A DNA stretch of 58,079 bases from Gammaproteobacteria bacterium (GTDB lineage Bacteria; Pseudomonadota; Gammaproteobacteria; JABDGN01), in contig JABDGN010000005.1 of the NCBI GenBank assembly GCA_013285995.1, positions 1-58,079 of the forward strand, given 5' to 3'. The notes below the pieces were generated by a model, which searched no databases, was not told the DNA's origin, and was given only the letters and a program-made list of their open reading frames with translations. Positions 18,782-28,517 of the stretch are shown piece after piece. The translations under genes and the position numbers were made by a program. Positions within the stretch are counted from its first letter, which is position 1; each line of letters starts with the position of its first letter.

Positions 18782-19204
18782 ATGCAACTTGACATCCACC
18801 CCTCCCGCTACTTATTAGCCCTCATTTTATTAGTGCATATTGCGGCAAGCTTATGCGTGCTCGCTTTGCCTTTGCAATGGTGGGCGATGTTATTGATTGA
18901 CATCTGTTTATTAGGCAGTTTTATTTATAATTATCAGAAGTATGTGGCACGCAGAAATAAACAGACCATTGTTAAAGTATGGATCGATGAAAAACAAACT
19001 TGGCAAGCTTTGCTTCGGGGCGGCGAAGTATTAACAGTGAAATTATTAGGCGATAGCATTTCGAGCAAAATGCTGGTGATTTTAAATTTTCAAGTGATGG
19101 CAGGTCCACAGAAAAATAAAAAATACTCCGTGATTATTTTTCCGGACAGTGTTACCAAAATAAGTTTTCGGCGTTTAAAAGCCTGGCTCAATTCGCATCG
19201 GTAA
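18782..19204 (+). CDS. YgfX(CptA)-like inner-membrane protein
   Basis: The Met at 18782 gives a 140-aa product with two N-terminal TM helices (LLALILLVHIAASLCVLALPLQWWAMLLIDICLL). Lies directly downstream of sdhE, as in E. coli ygfY-ygfX. Confidence 0.6.
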   Translation: MQLDIHPSRYLLALILLVHIAASLCVLALPLQWWAMLLIDICLLGSFIYNYQKYVARRNKQTIVKVWIDEKQTWQALLRGGEVLTVKLLGDSISSKMLVILNFQVMAGPQKNKKYSVIIFPDSVTKISFRRLKAWLNSHR

Positions 19205-19221
19205 AATGTAACACAGAAGAT

Positions 19222-19323
19222 GTAGGTCGGCTTGTTCGCCTCTTCATTCTGTTTATTTACCGTGAAGATTGCTATTTCTATACCATAAACAAACTTTTCC
19301 TTGGCTCTCGTAAGCCGACCTAC
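19222..19323. repeat. Family-B ends enclosing a divergent AT-rich interior
   Basis: gtaggtcggcttgttcgcc ... ctctcgtaagccgacctac. Confidence 0.65.
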
Positions 19324-19334
19324 ATTTGCTTATA

Positions 19335-19457
19335 TTAGCAATCCCCATAACATGAGCGAACCATTGAGTTCCCAAACAATTCGTACTGATTGACTGGCAT
19401 CTCTACTTCACCCGCTAGGCCGATTAAAGTTTGATCTAAAGTCATTTCTATTTTCAT
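19335..19457 (-). CDS. candidate 40-aa peptide MKIEMTLDQTLIGLAGEVEMPVNQYELFGNSMVRSCYGDC
   Basis: GGAGAA lies 7 nt upstream of ATG 19457. An 8-bp hairpin (19481-19506) sits in the putative leader. No homology recognised. Confidence 0.3.
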   Translation of the reverse strand: MKIEMTLDQTLIGLAGEVEMPVNQYELFGNSMVRSCYGDC

Positions 19458-19644
19458 AATAGTTCTCCGATTATTATCTTGGATTTCACAACGGAATATG
19501 AAATCCAGGATGTTTTTTGTTTTGTGTGTGGTTTGTTTAAACCACCGATGCATTATGAGGGGAATCATTTGAAAAGTATAATGAATCTTTCTTTATTTAT
19601 GATAATAAAAAATTATCACTGAGAATCGGGTAAAATGTAAGCCT

Positions 19645-21369
19645 ATGAATTTTGAGCTCCTTCGTCGTGAAATCAATACCGTACTTCTCCCCAGCGAATG
19701 GCAAAGCGTGCATCCGGTATTGCAACGCATCTATGCTGCACGCGGCATTCAAACTATTTCTGAAATCGATTACGATTTAAAACACTTATTGCCTTATAAC
19801 AGTTTAAAAAATATTGAAAGTGCTGTTGATTTGCTTCTTAATACATTGCAAGCTCAGCAACGTATTTTAATCATTGGCGACTTCGATGCCGATGGTGCAA
19901 CCAGTTCAGCGCTGGCAGTACGAGTGTTAAAAGCGTTTGGTGCCAAACACGTGGATTACTTAGTGCCGAATCGTTTTACTTTTGGTTATGGTTTAACGCC
20001 AGGTATTGTTGGCTTGGCCGCGGCTAAAAAACCCGATTTAATTATTACCGTGGATAATGGTATTTCGAGTGTCGAGGGCGTGCTGGCTGCAAAAACTCAC
20101 GGTATTAAAGTATTAATTACCGATCACCATATTGCCGGCGATGCAGTGCCGGATGCTGATGCAATAGTTAACCCCAATCAAAAAGGCGATGAGTTTGCCA
20201 GTAAACACATTGCTGGCGTGGGCGTAATTTATTATGTATTGCTCGCATTGCGGGCGCGCTTGCGGGAAATAAATTGGTTCCAACAACATAATTTGCCTGA
20301 ACCTAACATGGCAAATTATTTAGATTTAGTCGCGTTGGGAACCGTCGCCGATGTGGTGGCGCTGGATCATAATAATCGCATTTTAGTCAGCCAAGGTTTG
20401 CGCCGTATTCAAGCGGGGCATTGCTGCGCTGGCATTAGTGCTTTGTTGCAAATTGCACGGCGCGATCCGCAACAGATTACCGCCAGCGATTTAGGCTTTG
20501 CCGTCGGTCCGCGTTTAAATGCTGCGGGACGTTTGGAAGATATGTCTTTAGGCATCGAATGTTTATTAACAGACGATAAAGATAAAGCCTTACAAATGGC
20601 GCAACAATTAGATTTATTGAATCACGAGCGGCGCAGCATTGAAACGGATATGTCCGACCAAGCGTTTAAAATTTTAGAAAAATTGCAGATCAATGATTTA
20701 GCGATGGGTTTGTGTTTATTTGATGAAAGCTGGCACCAAGGCGTGATTGGTTTATTAGCCTCGCGCGTGAAAGACAAATATCATCGACCGGTCATCGCTT
20801 TTGCGCCCGCGAACGATACCGAAATAAAAGGTTCCGCACGATCAATTAGCGGCGTACACATTCGCGATGTGTTAGATGCAATTGCGAAAAAGTATCCAGC
20901 GCTATTAAATAAATTTGGTGGCCATGCGATGGCGGCAGGTTTAAGTTTACATAAAGAAAATTTCACGCGGTTTCAACAAGCGTTTGCCGAAGAAGTTGCG
21001 TTACATGTGAATCCCGATGAATTGCGTGGCAAACTCTATAGCGATGGGGCTTTAACAAGCGATGAAATTAATTTAGAGTTAACAGAGCAACTCGCGAAAG
21101 CCGGCCCCTGGGGGCAAGCGTTCCCCGAGCCTTTATTTGATGGTGTTTTTACGATTGTTGAACAACGCTTAGTCGGCGAAAAACATTTAAAACTCACACT
21201 TAAACAAGATAACAAAATTTTTTCAGCCATCGCTTTTAATGTCGATTTAAAACAATGGCCGAATTACCGTTGTGAAAAGGTGCATGCAGCCTATCGCCTC
21301 GATATCAACGAATATCGGGATTTGCGCTCAGTGCAGCTGATGGTGGAGCATTTGGTGAGTGTTGCCTGA
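19645..21369 (+). CDS. recJ: single-stranded-DNA-specific exonuclease RecJ
   Basis: 574 aa with DHH motifs (IIGDFDADGATS, ITDHH) and DHHA1 (GGHAMAAG). Confidence 0.9.
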   Translation: MNFELLRREINTVLLPSEWQSVHPVLQRIYAARGIQTISEIDYDLKHLLPYNSLKNIESAVDLLLNTLQAQQRILIIGDFDADGATSSALAVRVLKAFGAKHVDYLVPNRFTFGYGLTPGIVGLAAAKKPDLIITVDNGISSVEGVLAAKTHGIKVLITDHHIAGDAVPDADAIVNPNQKGDEFASKHIAGVGVIYYVLLALRARLREINWFQQHNLPEPNMANYLDLVALGTVADVVALDHNNRILVSQGLRRIQAGHCCAGISALLQIARRDPQQITASDLGFAVGPRLNAAGRLEDMSLGIECLLTDDKDKALQMAQQLDLLNHERRSIETDMSDQAFKILEKLQINDLAMGLCLFDESWHQGVIGLLASRVKDKYHRPVIAFAPANDTEIKGSARSISGVHIRDVLDAIAKKYPALLNKFGGHAMAAGLSLHKENFTRFQQAFAEEVALHVNPDELRGKLYSDGALTSDEINLELTEQLAKAGPWGQAFPEPLFDGVFTIVEQRLVGEKHLKLTLKQDNKIFSAIAFNVDLKQWPNYRCEKVHAAYRLDINEYRDLRSVQLMVEHLVSVA

Positions 21370-22807
21370 GAACGTTAGAGTAGGCCAGTAGGGAATCAGC
21401 AAGATTTTTGTAGGCAGCTATTAACGTTCTAAAATCGGAGTTCTCAGTAAAAGCATTTCTTACTTGAAAAATTTTTTCGAAAAAATCTTCTATTGTACGA
21501 AGCTTGTTATCAGTTCGAAAATCAGGATGATCGGTGACTTCTAATATACGCCTGCTAGCAGTAGTAGCAATACAATCGATAAATATTCTATAGGGGAGGT
21601 TAGTATCTTTACGGATTACGTCTGCAGGTATAGCATTGTAAGCAGTTTGTATTTCTTTTAGAGAGAGATGTATTGTTGCCGGATAGCTTGTAACTAAATA
21701 GTCGATTTTATCTAATATGACTAAAATTAAATCGCCCTTTAATATAAATTGTAATAAACTGTCAATAGCGCTATCAGAAGTTGATGCTAAATCGTTTAAG
21801 CTCGAGGAATAAATTTTTAGTCCCATTTCCATTGGCTCACGTGCAACCCCTCCACAATTAGCCAGGGCATCATAAATAGTGGGATCTTGTTGGCGTAGGC
21901 ATTCCCAGCCTTCTTTTTGCTGCCTCCAATCCTGTTGAAAATATTGCATTATCTCAATAGAAGTCCTATTACGAAAAATAGATTGTGTGATAAAGATTTT
22001 CCATATTCGACAATCAATTTTTTGTTGCTGAGGTAAAAACACACGATATATCCATGCTCTTGGAGCCTTAAAGACTAAATTTCTTTCTAAGTGAGTTTGA
22101 GCTGAGAGTGTTTGGCTTAAAAATTGGAGATAGGCACTTATTTGTGCTTCGTTAAGCTGTATTGCTTCATTAAATGTGATCCAGCCTTGATTTAAAGCTG
22201 TGTAACCCTCCCTCTGGTTTGATATTCCCCATAGCAAGTTTTTTCCAACTGGATGCCGGTAGAGAGTTACGAGTTGATCAGGTGTTAAATCACCATTCAG
22301 GTAGGTTAATACACAATATTGAGAGTGGAAAAGGCTTGTATGGCCAGGGGGTTCTTGTTTGATATTAAGAATCGCTTCAGCGCGAGAGAATAATTCTTTA
22401 TATTGTGGATAGGTACGTTGTGCATATTCTATGTTTGTACCAAATGTAAAAGACGTAAGAATATTTTTAGTAAATTCATCAAAATATGAGGCAGCTGTCA
22501 GCGACATTTTTTTTCGCCATACCAAAAATCTCAATTCCTGTGCAAGGTTTTTAATTTGCTCTTGAGTATTGCTTAGAACTAAGCGTCGGACATCCTCTGC
22601 GGTTGGATTTTGCAGATTACCCCACTCAGAGGGCGTGAGATAGCGACGCCAGAAACTAAGCTCACCGTTGATGATACTTGCAAGAGTTTTAGAAGCAGCT
22701 GCAACCGTGAGCAACTCTGGCAATGGCAGTTTTTCAAAAATCGGCAATAGGGCTTCTGGCGGTAGCAGACTAAAGTAGTTTATCTTTTGTGCCGTAGCAG
22801 ATTGCAT
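21305..22807 (-). CDS. F-box domain protein, 500 aa
   Basis: N-terminal LLPPEALLPIFEKLPLPELLTVAAASKTLASII fits the F-box consensus. AT-rich orphan. Its 3' end overlaps the recJ 3' end by 65 nt. Confidence 0.6.
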   Translation of the reverse strand: MQSATAQKINYFSLLPPEALLPIFEKLPLPELLTVAAASKTLASIINGELSFWRRYLTPSEWGNLQNPTAEDVRRLVLSNTQEQIKNLAQELRFLVWRKKMSLTAASYFDEFTKNILTSFTFGTNIEYAQRTYPQYKELFSRAEAILNIKQEPPGHTSLFHSQYCVLTYLNGDLTPDQLVTLYRHPVGKNLLWGISNQREGYTALNQGWITFNEAIQLNEAQISAYLQFLSQTLSAQTHLERNLVFKAPRAWIYRVFLPQQQKIDCRIWKIFITQSIFRNRTSIEIMQYFQQDWRQQKEGWECLRQQDPTIYDALANCGGVAREPMEMGLKIYSSSLNDLASTSDSAIDSLLQFILKGDLILVILDKIDYLVTSYPATIHLSLKEIQTAYNAIPADVIRKDTNLPYRIFIDCIATTASRRILEVTDHPDFRTDNKLRTIEDFFEKIFQVRNAFTENSDFRTLIAAYKNLADSLLAYSNVLRQHSPNAPPSAALSANPDIR

Positions 22808-22903
22808 AACGCTAATTTCTCTAAATTTTGGAAAATTATAACCACTTTTGCCTTAAGGTAAACTTAACAAACACTAACGATATTTGCGCTATAATACAAC
22901 ATT

Positions 22904-23407
22904 ATGTTTGATAACTTAGCACATTTATGGCGTACTATCCGGGCCAATGCCTATATCGGTTGGACGATATTAGGCTTGTTGGTGCTGTGGGCTGCCTGGA
23001 TGATTTATAGTTCAGTCAACCTCTATTTTGACGTGAGTGCGCCACCACCCGCTTCCAAAGAAACCATTACTGTCAATGCGCCGCGACAAAATCTGTCGCA
23101 AGCTTTGCAACAAGTGCATGTGTTTGGCGCAGTGGCGACCAGCGATATTCCCTCGGCGGATTTTGGCATGAAATTGCAGGCGGTTTTTATTAACCCGCCG
23201 CCCGCTAATTCGCGTGCGTTAATCGTATTAACCGGCCAAGCGGCGCAAAGTTTTGCAGTGGGAGATACTTTGCCCAATGGCGCGCGCGTGTATCAGATTT
23301 TACCGGATAGCGTAGTCTTGATGCAAAATGGTAAACTAGTCAAATTAACGTTTGCTTTGCAAGGCTTGGATTTTAATTCCATGTCGAAACCCAGCGGATT
23401 ATTCTAA
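22904..23407 (+). CDS. membrane-anchored protein with a GspC (T2SS protein C) HR-like domain and no PDZ domain
   Basis: N-terminal TM helix. LKLQAVFINPPPANSRALIVLTGQAAQSFAVGDTLPNGARVYQILPDSVVLMQNGKLVKLTF follows the GspC HR pattern. Confidence 0.4.
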   Translation: MFDNLAHLWRTIRANAYIGWTILGLLVLWAAWMIYSSVNLYFDVSAPPPASKETITVNAPRQNLSQALQQVHVFGAVATSDIPSADFGMKLQAVFINPPPANSRALIVLTGQAAQSFAVGDTLPNGARVYQILPDSVVLMQNGKLVKLTFALQGLDFNSMSKPSGLF

Positions 23408-23419
23408 ATGAGGTTAAAG

Positions 23420-23746
23420 ATGTTACGTAAATTAATTTTAGTTTTGTTAACCGTATTTTTAGTCGCGTGTGCAACGGCTACTCCACTTGAGAGCGGCATG
23501 CAAAGTTTTGATAATCGCGATTATAAAACTGCGTTTGAACAATTATATCCAGTGGCAATGGAAGGCGACCCCGATGCGCAATATGCGGTGGGCTATATGT
23601 TGTACTATGGTAAAGGTGTTGCAGTGAATAAAAATGACGGCATGGAATGGATCCGCAAGTCAGCTAAGCAAGGTAATAGTTTGGCAGAGCAAGCCTTAGG
23701 GATTGTTTATGAGCAGGCCAATTTTGCACCGGAGAAGACTAATTAG
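23420..23746 (+). CDS. Sel1-repeat lipoprotein
   Basis: Lipobox LVAC. Sel1/TPR-like repeats (GDPDAQYAVGYMLYYGKGVAVNKNDGMEWIRKSAKQGNSLAEQALG). GAGG RBS before the second ATG. Confidence 0.65.
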   Translation: MLRKLILVLLTVFLVACATATPLESGMQSFDNRDYKTAFEQLYPVAMEGDPDAQYAVGYMLYYGKGVAVNKNDGMEWIRKSAKQGNSLAEQALGIVYEQANFAPEKTN

Positions 23747-23803
23747 TTGTGGGTTGTGAGTCGTCAGTTGTGAGTCGCACCTTCTAACGTTTCATGAGCT
23801 GGA

Positions 23804-23853
23804 GTAGGTCGGCTTACGAGAGTTTCGCGGTTAGCGAAACGAACAAGCCGACA
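23804..23853. repeat. Family-B single-hairpin half element
   Basis: gtaggtcggcttacgagagtttcgcggttagcgaaacgaacaagccgaca. Confidence 0.75.
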
Positions 23854-23878
23854 TTTGCTACGCAAGCCACATAACTAA

Positions 23879-25060
23879 TTACAATACCGCCGCCCTAATT
23901 CTTCGCACCGACTCTTGCAACAATTCCATACTCGTCGCATACGAAAAACGAATATAACCTGGCAAACCAAATGGGGTGCCTGGCACCAGTGAAACCTCAG
24001 CTTTATTTAATAAATAATCAGCGAAAGCCATATCATCGGCTAGCCCTAATTTAGCAATCGCTTGTTCAACATTCGGGAATAAGTAAAACGCGCCTTCACT
24101 GTAACGGCAATTAAAGCCCGGGATTTCATTTAAAGCCGGTACCATGTAATCATGTCGCTCTTTGTAGGCATCGACCATCGGTTGCATCCAATGCCGGTCG
24201 CTATTTAATGCGGCAACACTGGCTGCTTGTGAAATCGAACAAGGGCAGGAAGTTGCTTGTGATTGTATGAGGGTCATCGCTTTGATGATTTCAGCTGCAC
24301 CTGCAGCATAACCAATTCGCCAACCCGTCATTGCGTACGCTTTAGAAACGCCATTGATAACGATGCTGCGTTCATACAAAGCGGGGCAGGCATTGACGAT
24401 ATTATGAAATGGTTCGGCAGTCCAGAGAATGTGTTCATATAAATCATCGCTGAGGATAAGCACTTGCGGATGACGCAATAACACTTCACCGAGTGCCACT
24501 AATTCAGCGTGTGTGTAAGCTGCGCCACTTGGATTAGACGGCGAATTCAACATAAATAATTTAGTTTTTGGCGTAATGGCTTTTTCTAACTGAGCCGCAG
24601 TGATTTTAAAATTTTGCGTGATGTCAGCGCTGATAATCACTGGCGTACCATCAGCAATGCGCACCATTTCCGGATAAGACACCCAAAACGGCGCTGGGAT
24701 AATCACTTCGTCACCCACATTTAGCAAAGCTTGCAAAGCGTTGGCGATACTGTGTTTGCCGCCGCAAGAAACTAAAATTTGATTAGCTTCGTACGTTAAA
24801 TTATTTTCGCGCTGCAATTTGCCGATGATCGCTTGCTTTAATTCCGGCGTGCCATCGACTTGCGTATATTTCGTTTTGCCGGCTTCAATTGCCGCAATCG
24901 CCGCTTGTTTCACATGCGGCGGCGTATCAAAATCCGGTTCACCATAATTCAGCGCAATAATATCGCGCCCTTGCGCAATTAACTCTTTCGTGCGCTTATC
25001 GAGCATATTGGTGGCGGAGGGTTTGGCGCGTAAAACGCGGTCGGCGAGTTTATAGCTCAT
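23879..25060 (-). CDS. class I PLP-dependent (aspartate/aromatic) aminotransferase
   Basis: LNYGEPDFDTP, NSPSNPSG and SKAYAMTGWRIGY (Lys for PLP). GAGG RBS before the Met at 25060. Confidence 0.8.
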   Translation of the reverse strand: MSYKLADRVLRAKPSATNMLDKRTKELIAQGRDIIALNYGEPDFDTPPHVKQAAIAAIEAGKTKYTQVDGTPELKQAIIGKLQRENNLTYEANQILVSCGGKHSIANALQALLNVGDEVIIPAPFWVSYPEMVRIADGTPVIISADITQNFKITAAQLEKAITPKTKLFMLNSPSNPSGAAYTHAELVALGEVLLRHPQVLILSDDLYEHILWTAEPFHNIVNACPALYERSIVINGVSKAYAMTGWRIGYAAGAAEIIKAMTLIQSQATSCPCSISQAASVAALNSDRHWMQPMVDAYKERHDYMVPALNEIPGFNCRYSEGAFYLFPNVEQAIAKLGLADDMAFADYLLNKAEVSLVPGTPFGLPGYIRFSYATSMELLQESVRRIRAAVL

Positions 25061-25204
25061 TATATGCCTCGTCATCAGCGGGATTATCCCACTCTATTAA
25101 TGTTAAACTCAGCGTGACATGATACTCAGTATCAAAAGGAATGTTTTCAATTGTTTTTGTTGATTCAGATTGCATGGTAGAATATTTCCTACATTTTGGC
25201 TTTC

Positions 25205-25287
25205 GTCGTCCCGGAAATTGCGCAGCAATTATCCGGGATCCAGGCCGCTCTCAATTCAGCCTGGATTCCCGCTTTCGCGGGAATGAC
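25205..25287. repeat. Family-A composite palindromic element (inverted orientation)
   Basis: gtcgtcccggaaattgcgcagcaattatccgggatccaggc ... gcctggattcccgctttcgcgggaatgac. Confidence 0.85.
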
Positions 25288-25345
25288 ATTAAAAATTGAA
25301 AGCTTATGTATGTCTCAAATTATACACGAGTTTTTATTATTTATT

Positions 25346-27358
25346 ATGGATAATCCTGCTTTCCAACTCACCGCCCCTCACGAACCCGCTGGCGATCAAC
25401 CCAAGGCCATTGCGCAATTGATCGAAGGTATTCAAGATGGCCTCGCGTCACAAACTTTATTGGGTGTCACCGGTTCTGGCAAAACCTTCACCGTCGCACA
25501 TGTGATCGCGGCTTTGCAACGGCCAGCCTTAATTTTAGCGCCGAACAAAACTTTAGCGGCGCAACTGTATGGCGAAATGAAAGAAATTTTTCCCAACAAT
25601 GCGATTGAATATTTTGTGTCGTATTACGATTATTATCAGCCCGAAGCTTATGTGCCCGCATCTGACACTTACATCGAAAAAGATGCGGCGATAAATGAAC
25701 ACATCGAGCAAATGCGTTTGTCTGCTACTAAAGCGTTGTTAGAACGACGCGATAGCATTATCGTCGCCACGGTATCGGCGATTTATGGTTTAGGTGATCC
25801 ACAAACCTATTTAAGCATGGTGTTGCACATCAAACGTGGCGATAAATTAAATCAACGTGAATTATTGCGCCGCCTCACTGAAATGCAATATCGACGTAAT
25901 GATGTTGCGCTGGAACGCGCGACCTATCGCGTGCGTGGCGATGTGATCGATGTATTTCCTGCTGAATCCGATAATGATGCGATCCGCATTGAACTGTTCG
26001 AAGATGAAATTGACAATATCAGTTATTTTGAACCCCTCAACGGTAAAGTATTGCGCAAAGTCACGCGTACCACTATTTTCCCCAAGAGTCATTACGTCAC
26101 GCCGCGCGAGCGATTAATCGGTAGTATCGATACGATCAAAGAAGAATTGCGCCAACGTTTAGAACAACTTTACTCGCTGAATAAATTAGTTGAAGCACAG
26201 CGTTTGCAAGAGCGGGTGAAGTTTGATCTGGAAATGATGCAAGAATTAGGTTATTGCTCGGGCATCGAAAACTATTCACGTTATTTATCGGGGCGGGGCG
26301 CCGGTGAACCACCGCCGACTTTATTTGATTATTTACCCAGCGATGCGCTGCTTATTATCGATGAATCGCATGTGACAGTGCCGCAATTAGGTGCGATGTA
26401 TCGCGGCGATCGTTCGCGTAAAGAAAATTTAGTAGAGTATGGCTTTCGTTTGCCATCAGCTTTAGATAATCGACCGATGAAGTTTGAAGAAATTGAAGCG
26501 ATTATGCCGCAAACGATTTTTGTTTCGGCCACACCGGGGCCGTATGAAGCGGCGCATGCTGGCAAAATTGTGGAACAAGTGGTGCGGCCGACCGGCTTGA
26601 TTGATCCGATTGTTGAAGTGCGGCCCGTGATGACACAAGTTGACGATTTACTCTCGGAAATTAATTTACGCAGCGCACAAAACGAACGCGTGTTAGTGAC
26701 CACACTCACTAAAAAGATGGCCGAAAATTTAACCGAATATTACACCGATCATGGCGTAAAGGTGCGGTATTTGCACTCTGATATTGATACCGTCGAACGG
26801 ATGGAAATTATTCGCGATTTACGTTTAGGGATTTTTGATGTATTGATTGGCATTAACTTATTGCGTGAAGGTTTAGATTTACCGGAAGTTTCCTTGGTTG
26901 CCATTTTAGATGCCGATAAAGAAGGCTTTTTGCGATCGGAGCGATCGCTGATCCAAACCATCGGTCGCGCGGCGCGCAATATCAACGGTAAAGCGATTTT
27001 ATATGCGGACAAAATCACCAAGTCGATGCGAGTGGCGATCGATGAAACCAATCGCCGGCGTGAATTGCAACATCAATTTAATGTAGAACACAATATCACA
27101 CCCCGTGGAATTCAAAAAAATATTACCGATATTTTAGAAGCCTCCGCCAAAGACGTCGATAAATATAAATCTCGTAATCCGCAATTGGCCGAAGATATCG
27201 CGCAGTATTATGCTTTGTCACCACACCAATTAGCCAAGAAAATCACCCAGCTTGAAAAGCAAATGTATGAATGTGCCCGCGATTTGAACTTTGAAAAAGC
27301 GGCTGAAATTCGCGATGAAATTCATGCGCTGAAGCAGCAGTTGTTGGGGATAAAGTAG
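25346..27358 (+). CDS. uvrB: excinuclease ABC subunit B
   Basis: The Met at 25346 (MDNPAFQL..) fits the UvrB N-terminus. GVTGSGKT Walker A, DESH box, C-terminal UVR domain. The ORF extension from 25196 is translated repeat sequence. Confidence 0.9.
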   Translation: MDNPAFQLTAPHEPAGDQPKAIAQLIEGIQDGLASQTLLGVTGSGKTFTVAHVIAALQRPALILAPNKTLAAQLYGEMKEIFPNNAIEYFVSYYDYYQPEAYVPASDTYIEKDAAINEHIEQMRLSATKALLERRDSIIVATVSAIYGLGDPQTYLSMVLHIKRGDKLNQRELLRRLTEMQYRRNDVALERATYRVRGDVIDVFPAESDNDAIRIELFEDEIDNISYFEPLNGKVLRKVTRTTIFPKSHYVTPRERLIGSIDTIKEELRQRLEQLYSLNKLVEAQRLQERVKFDLEMMQELGYCSGIENYSRYLSGRGAGEPPPTLFDYLPSDALLIIDESHVTVPQLGAMYRGDRSRKENLVEYGFRLPSALDNRPMKFEEIEAIMPQTIFVSATPGPYEAAHAGKIVEQVVRPTGLIDPIVEVRPVMTQVDDLLSEINLRSAQNERVLVTTLTKKMAENLTEYYTDHGVKVRYLHSDIDTVERMEIIRDLRLGIFDVLIGINLLREGLDLPEVSLVAILDADKEGFLRSERSLIQTIGRAARNINGKAILYADKITKSMRVAIDETNRRRELQHQFNVEHNITPRGIQKNITDILEASAKDVDKYKSRNPQLAEDIAQYYALSPHQLAKKITQLEKQMYECARDLNFEKAAEIRDEIHALKQQLLGIK

Positions 27359-27386
27359 ATCGATTTACGCGTAGTTTTGCGCTCAT

Positions 27387-27535
27387 GTAGGTCGGCTTCC
27401 CGCGTTTCATCGTAGATGAAATGCGTAAGCCGACATTTGCAAATTTTATAATATACACTACTCTTAGTAGCAATAGTTAAAATGTAGGTCAGTTTTCCAA
27501 ATTTCGCTATAAGCGGAATGAGCAAGCCGACCTAC
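27387..27535. repeat. two family-B half elements (27387-27435, 27484-27535) separated by 48 AT-rich nt
   Basis: gtaggtcggcttcccgcgtttcatcgtagatgaaatgcgtaagccgaca and gtaggtcagttttccaaatttcgctataagcggaatgagcaagccgacctac. Confidence 0.75.
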
Positions 27536-27557
27536 AAAATTAAAACAGGAGCTGGTT

Positions 27558-28517
27558 ATGAAGTTCGCCGTCGTTTCGTTTGTTACCTTAGCCGCTCTAA
27601 GCACCGGCATTACCTACGCCGATGTTACTCCCACACCGTCTGATACTTCCGATTATCTTAGTTTAAATAACAGTGATACCACTGCCAATGCTGCAACGGC
27701 ACCCAATCCTGCTGCGACAGATGCTACTCCTGCACCAACATCTAATGCAGCCGCAGCTAATGGTGATACTGCGCAAGCCACTAATGCTGCCGAGCAGAAA
27801 AATTTAACCCAAGCAGTTAATAAAAATACTAATCAAACCACCAGCAATAATAATCAGAAAAACAGTTCCCATGATTTTGTTTACGGTATCGGTATCGGTG
27901 CCGGCACTCTTGGCGGCAGTGTAGAAGGTGCGGTCAGCTTTAATAAATATTTAAGTGCTAATTTAGGATTTAATTATTTGAGCTTAAATAATCTTGTCAG
28001 TTACAACATTACTGACACCACAACCAGCGGCACAACGGAATCGACCAATAGTGGTACGATTAATGGGGGAGTACGCTTAATGAGCGTGCAATTATTAGGT
28101 AATGTGCATCCTTTTGGTGGCGCGTTTCGCGTAGTGGGTGGTTTAATTTATAACGCTAACCAAATCAATTTGAATGGTACGGTAAATGGCAGTGTTAGTT
28201 ACAATGGTGCAATCATTCCTAATGACGCACTATCAGGTGTCAATGGAACGATTAAATACAATCCCTATTCACCTTACGTGGGTATTGGTTGGGGTGGTAG
28301 TCATGATGCGAAAGGCTTTGGTGTGACTTTTGATATGGGTGTAATGTTTCAGGGTACACCGAAAATCAATCTAGATCCGGTTTATGGTCCTGATAGTGCT
28401 GCGTATCAAAGTGAGATCAATGGCTTCCTTAATCAACAAGTTAACAGCATTCAAAATGATTTAAAAATCACGCAGTTTTATCCGGTGCTAAATTTACAAT
28501 TATATTATCGGTGGTAA
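27558..28517 (+). CDS. outer-membrane beta-barrel protein with a low-complexity Thr/Ala/Asn-rich N-terminal region
   Basis: Signal peptide MKFAVVSFVTLAALSTGITYA. Alternating hydrophobic beta-strand pattern. C-terminal aromatic residue (..LQLYYRW). Confidence 0.5.
   Translation: MKFAVVSFVTLAALSTGITYADVTPTPSDTSDYLSLNNSDTTANAATAPNPAATDATPAPTSNAAAANGDTAQATNAAEQKNLTQAVNKNTNQTTSNNNQKNSSHDFVYGIGIGAGTLGGSVEGAVSFNKYLSANLGFNYLSLNNLVSYNITDTTTSGTTESTNSGTINGGVRLMSVQLLGNVHPFGGAFRVVGGLIYNANQINLNGTVNGSVSYNGAIIPNDALSGVNGTIKYNPYSPYVGIGWGGSHDAKGFGVTFDMGVMFQGTPKINLDPVYGPDSAAYQSEINGFLNQQVNSIQNDLKITQFYPVLNLQLYYRW

Noticed and set aside
23750-23785. Direct repeat gttgtgagtcg x2 separated by 3 nt downstream of the Sel1 gene
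   Set aside because: It is too short and isolated to interpret, and no matching motif occurs elsewhere in the window.
25196-25345. N-terminal extensions of several ORF-track entries: uvrB from 25196, bdhA from 11074, multicopper oxidase from 30912, ygfX from 18662, MFS from 29448, tldD from 46, phasin-like from 16155, gltX from 51680
   Set aside because: The extra codons are translations of family-A/B repeats or overlap the upstream gene. Internal Met codons with RBS-like sequences align with the canonical N-termini of each family.
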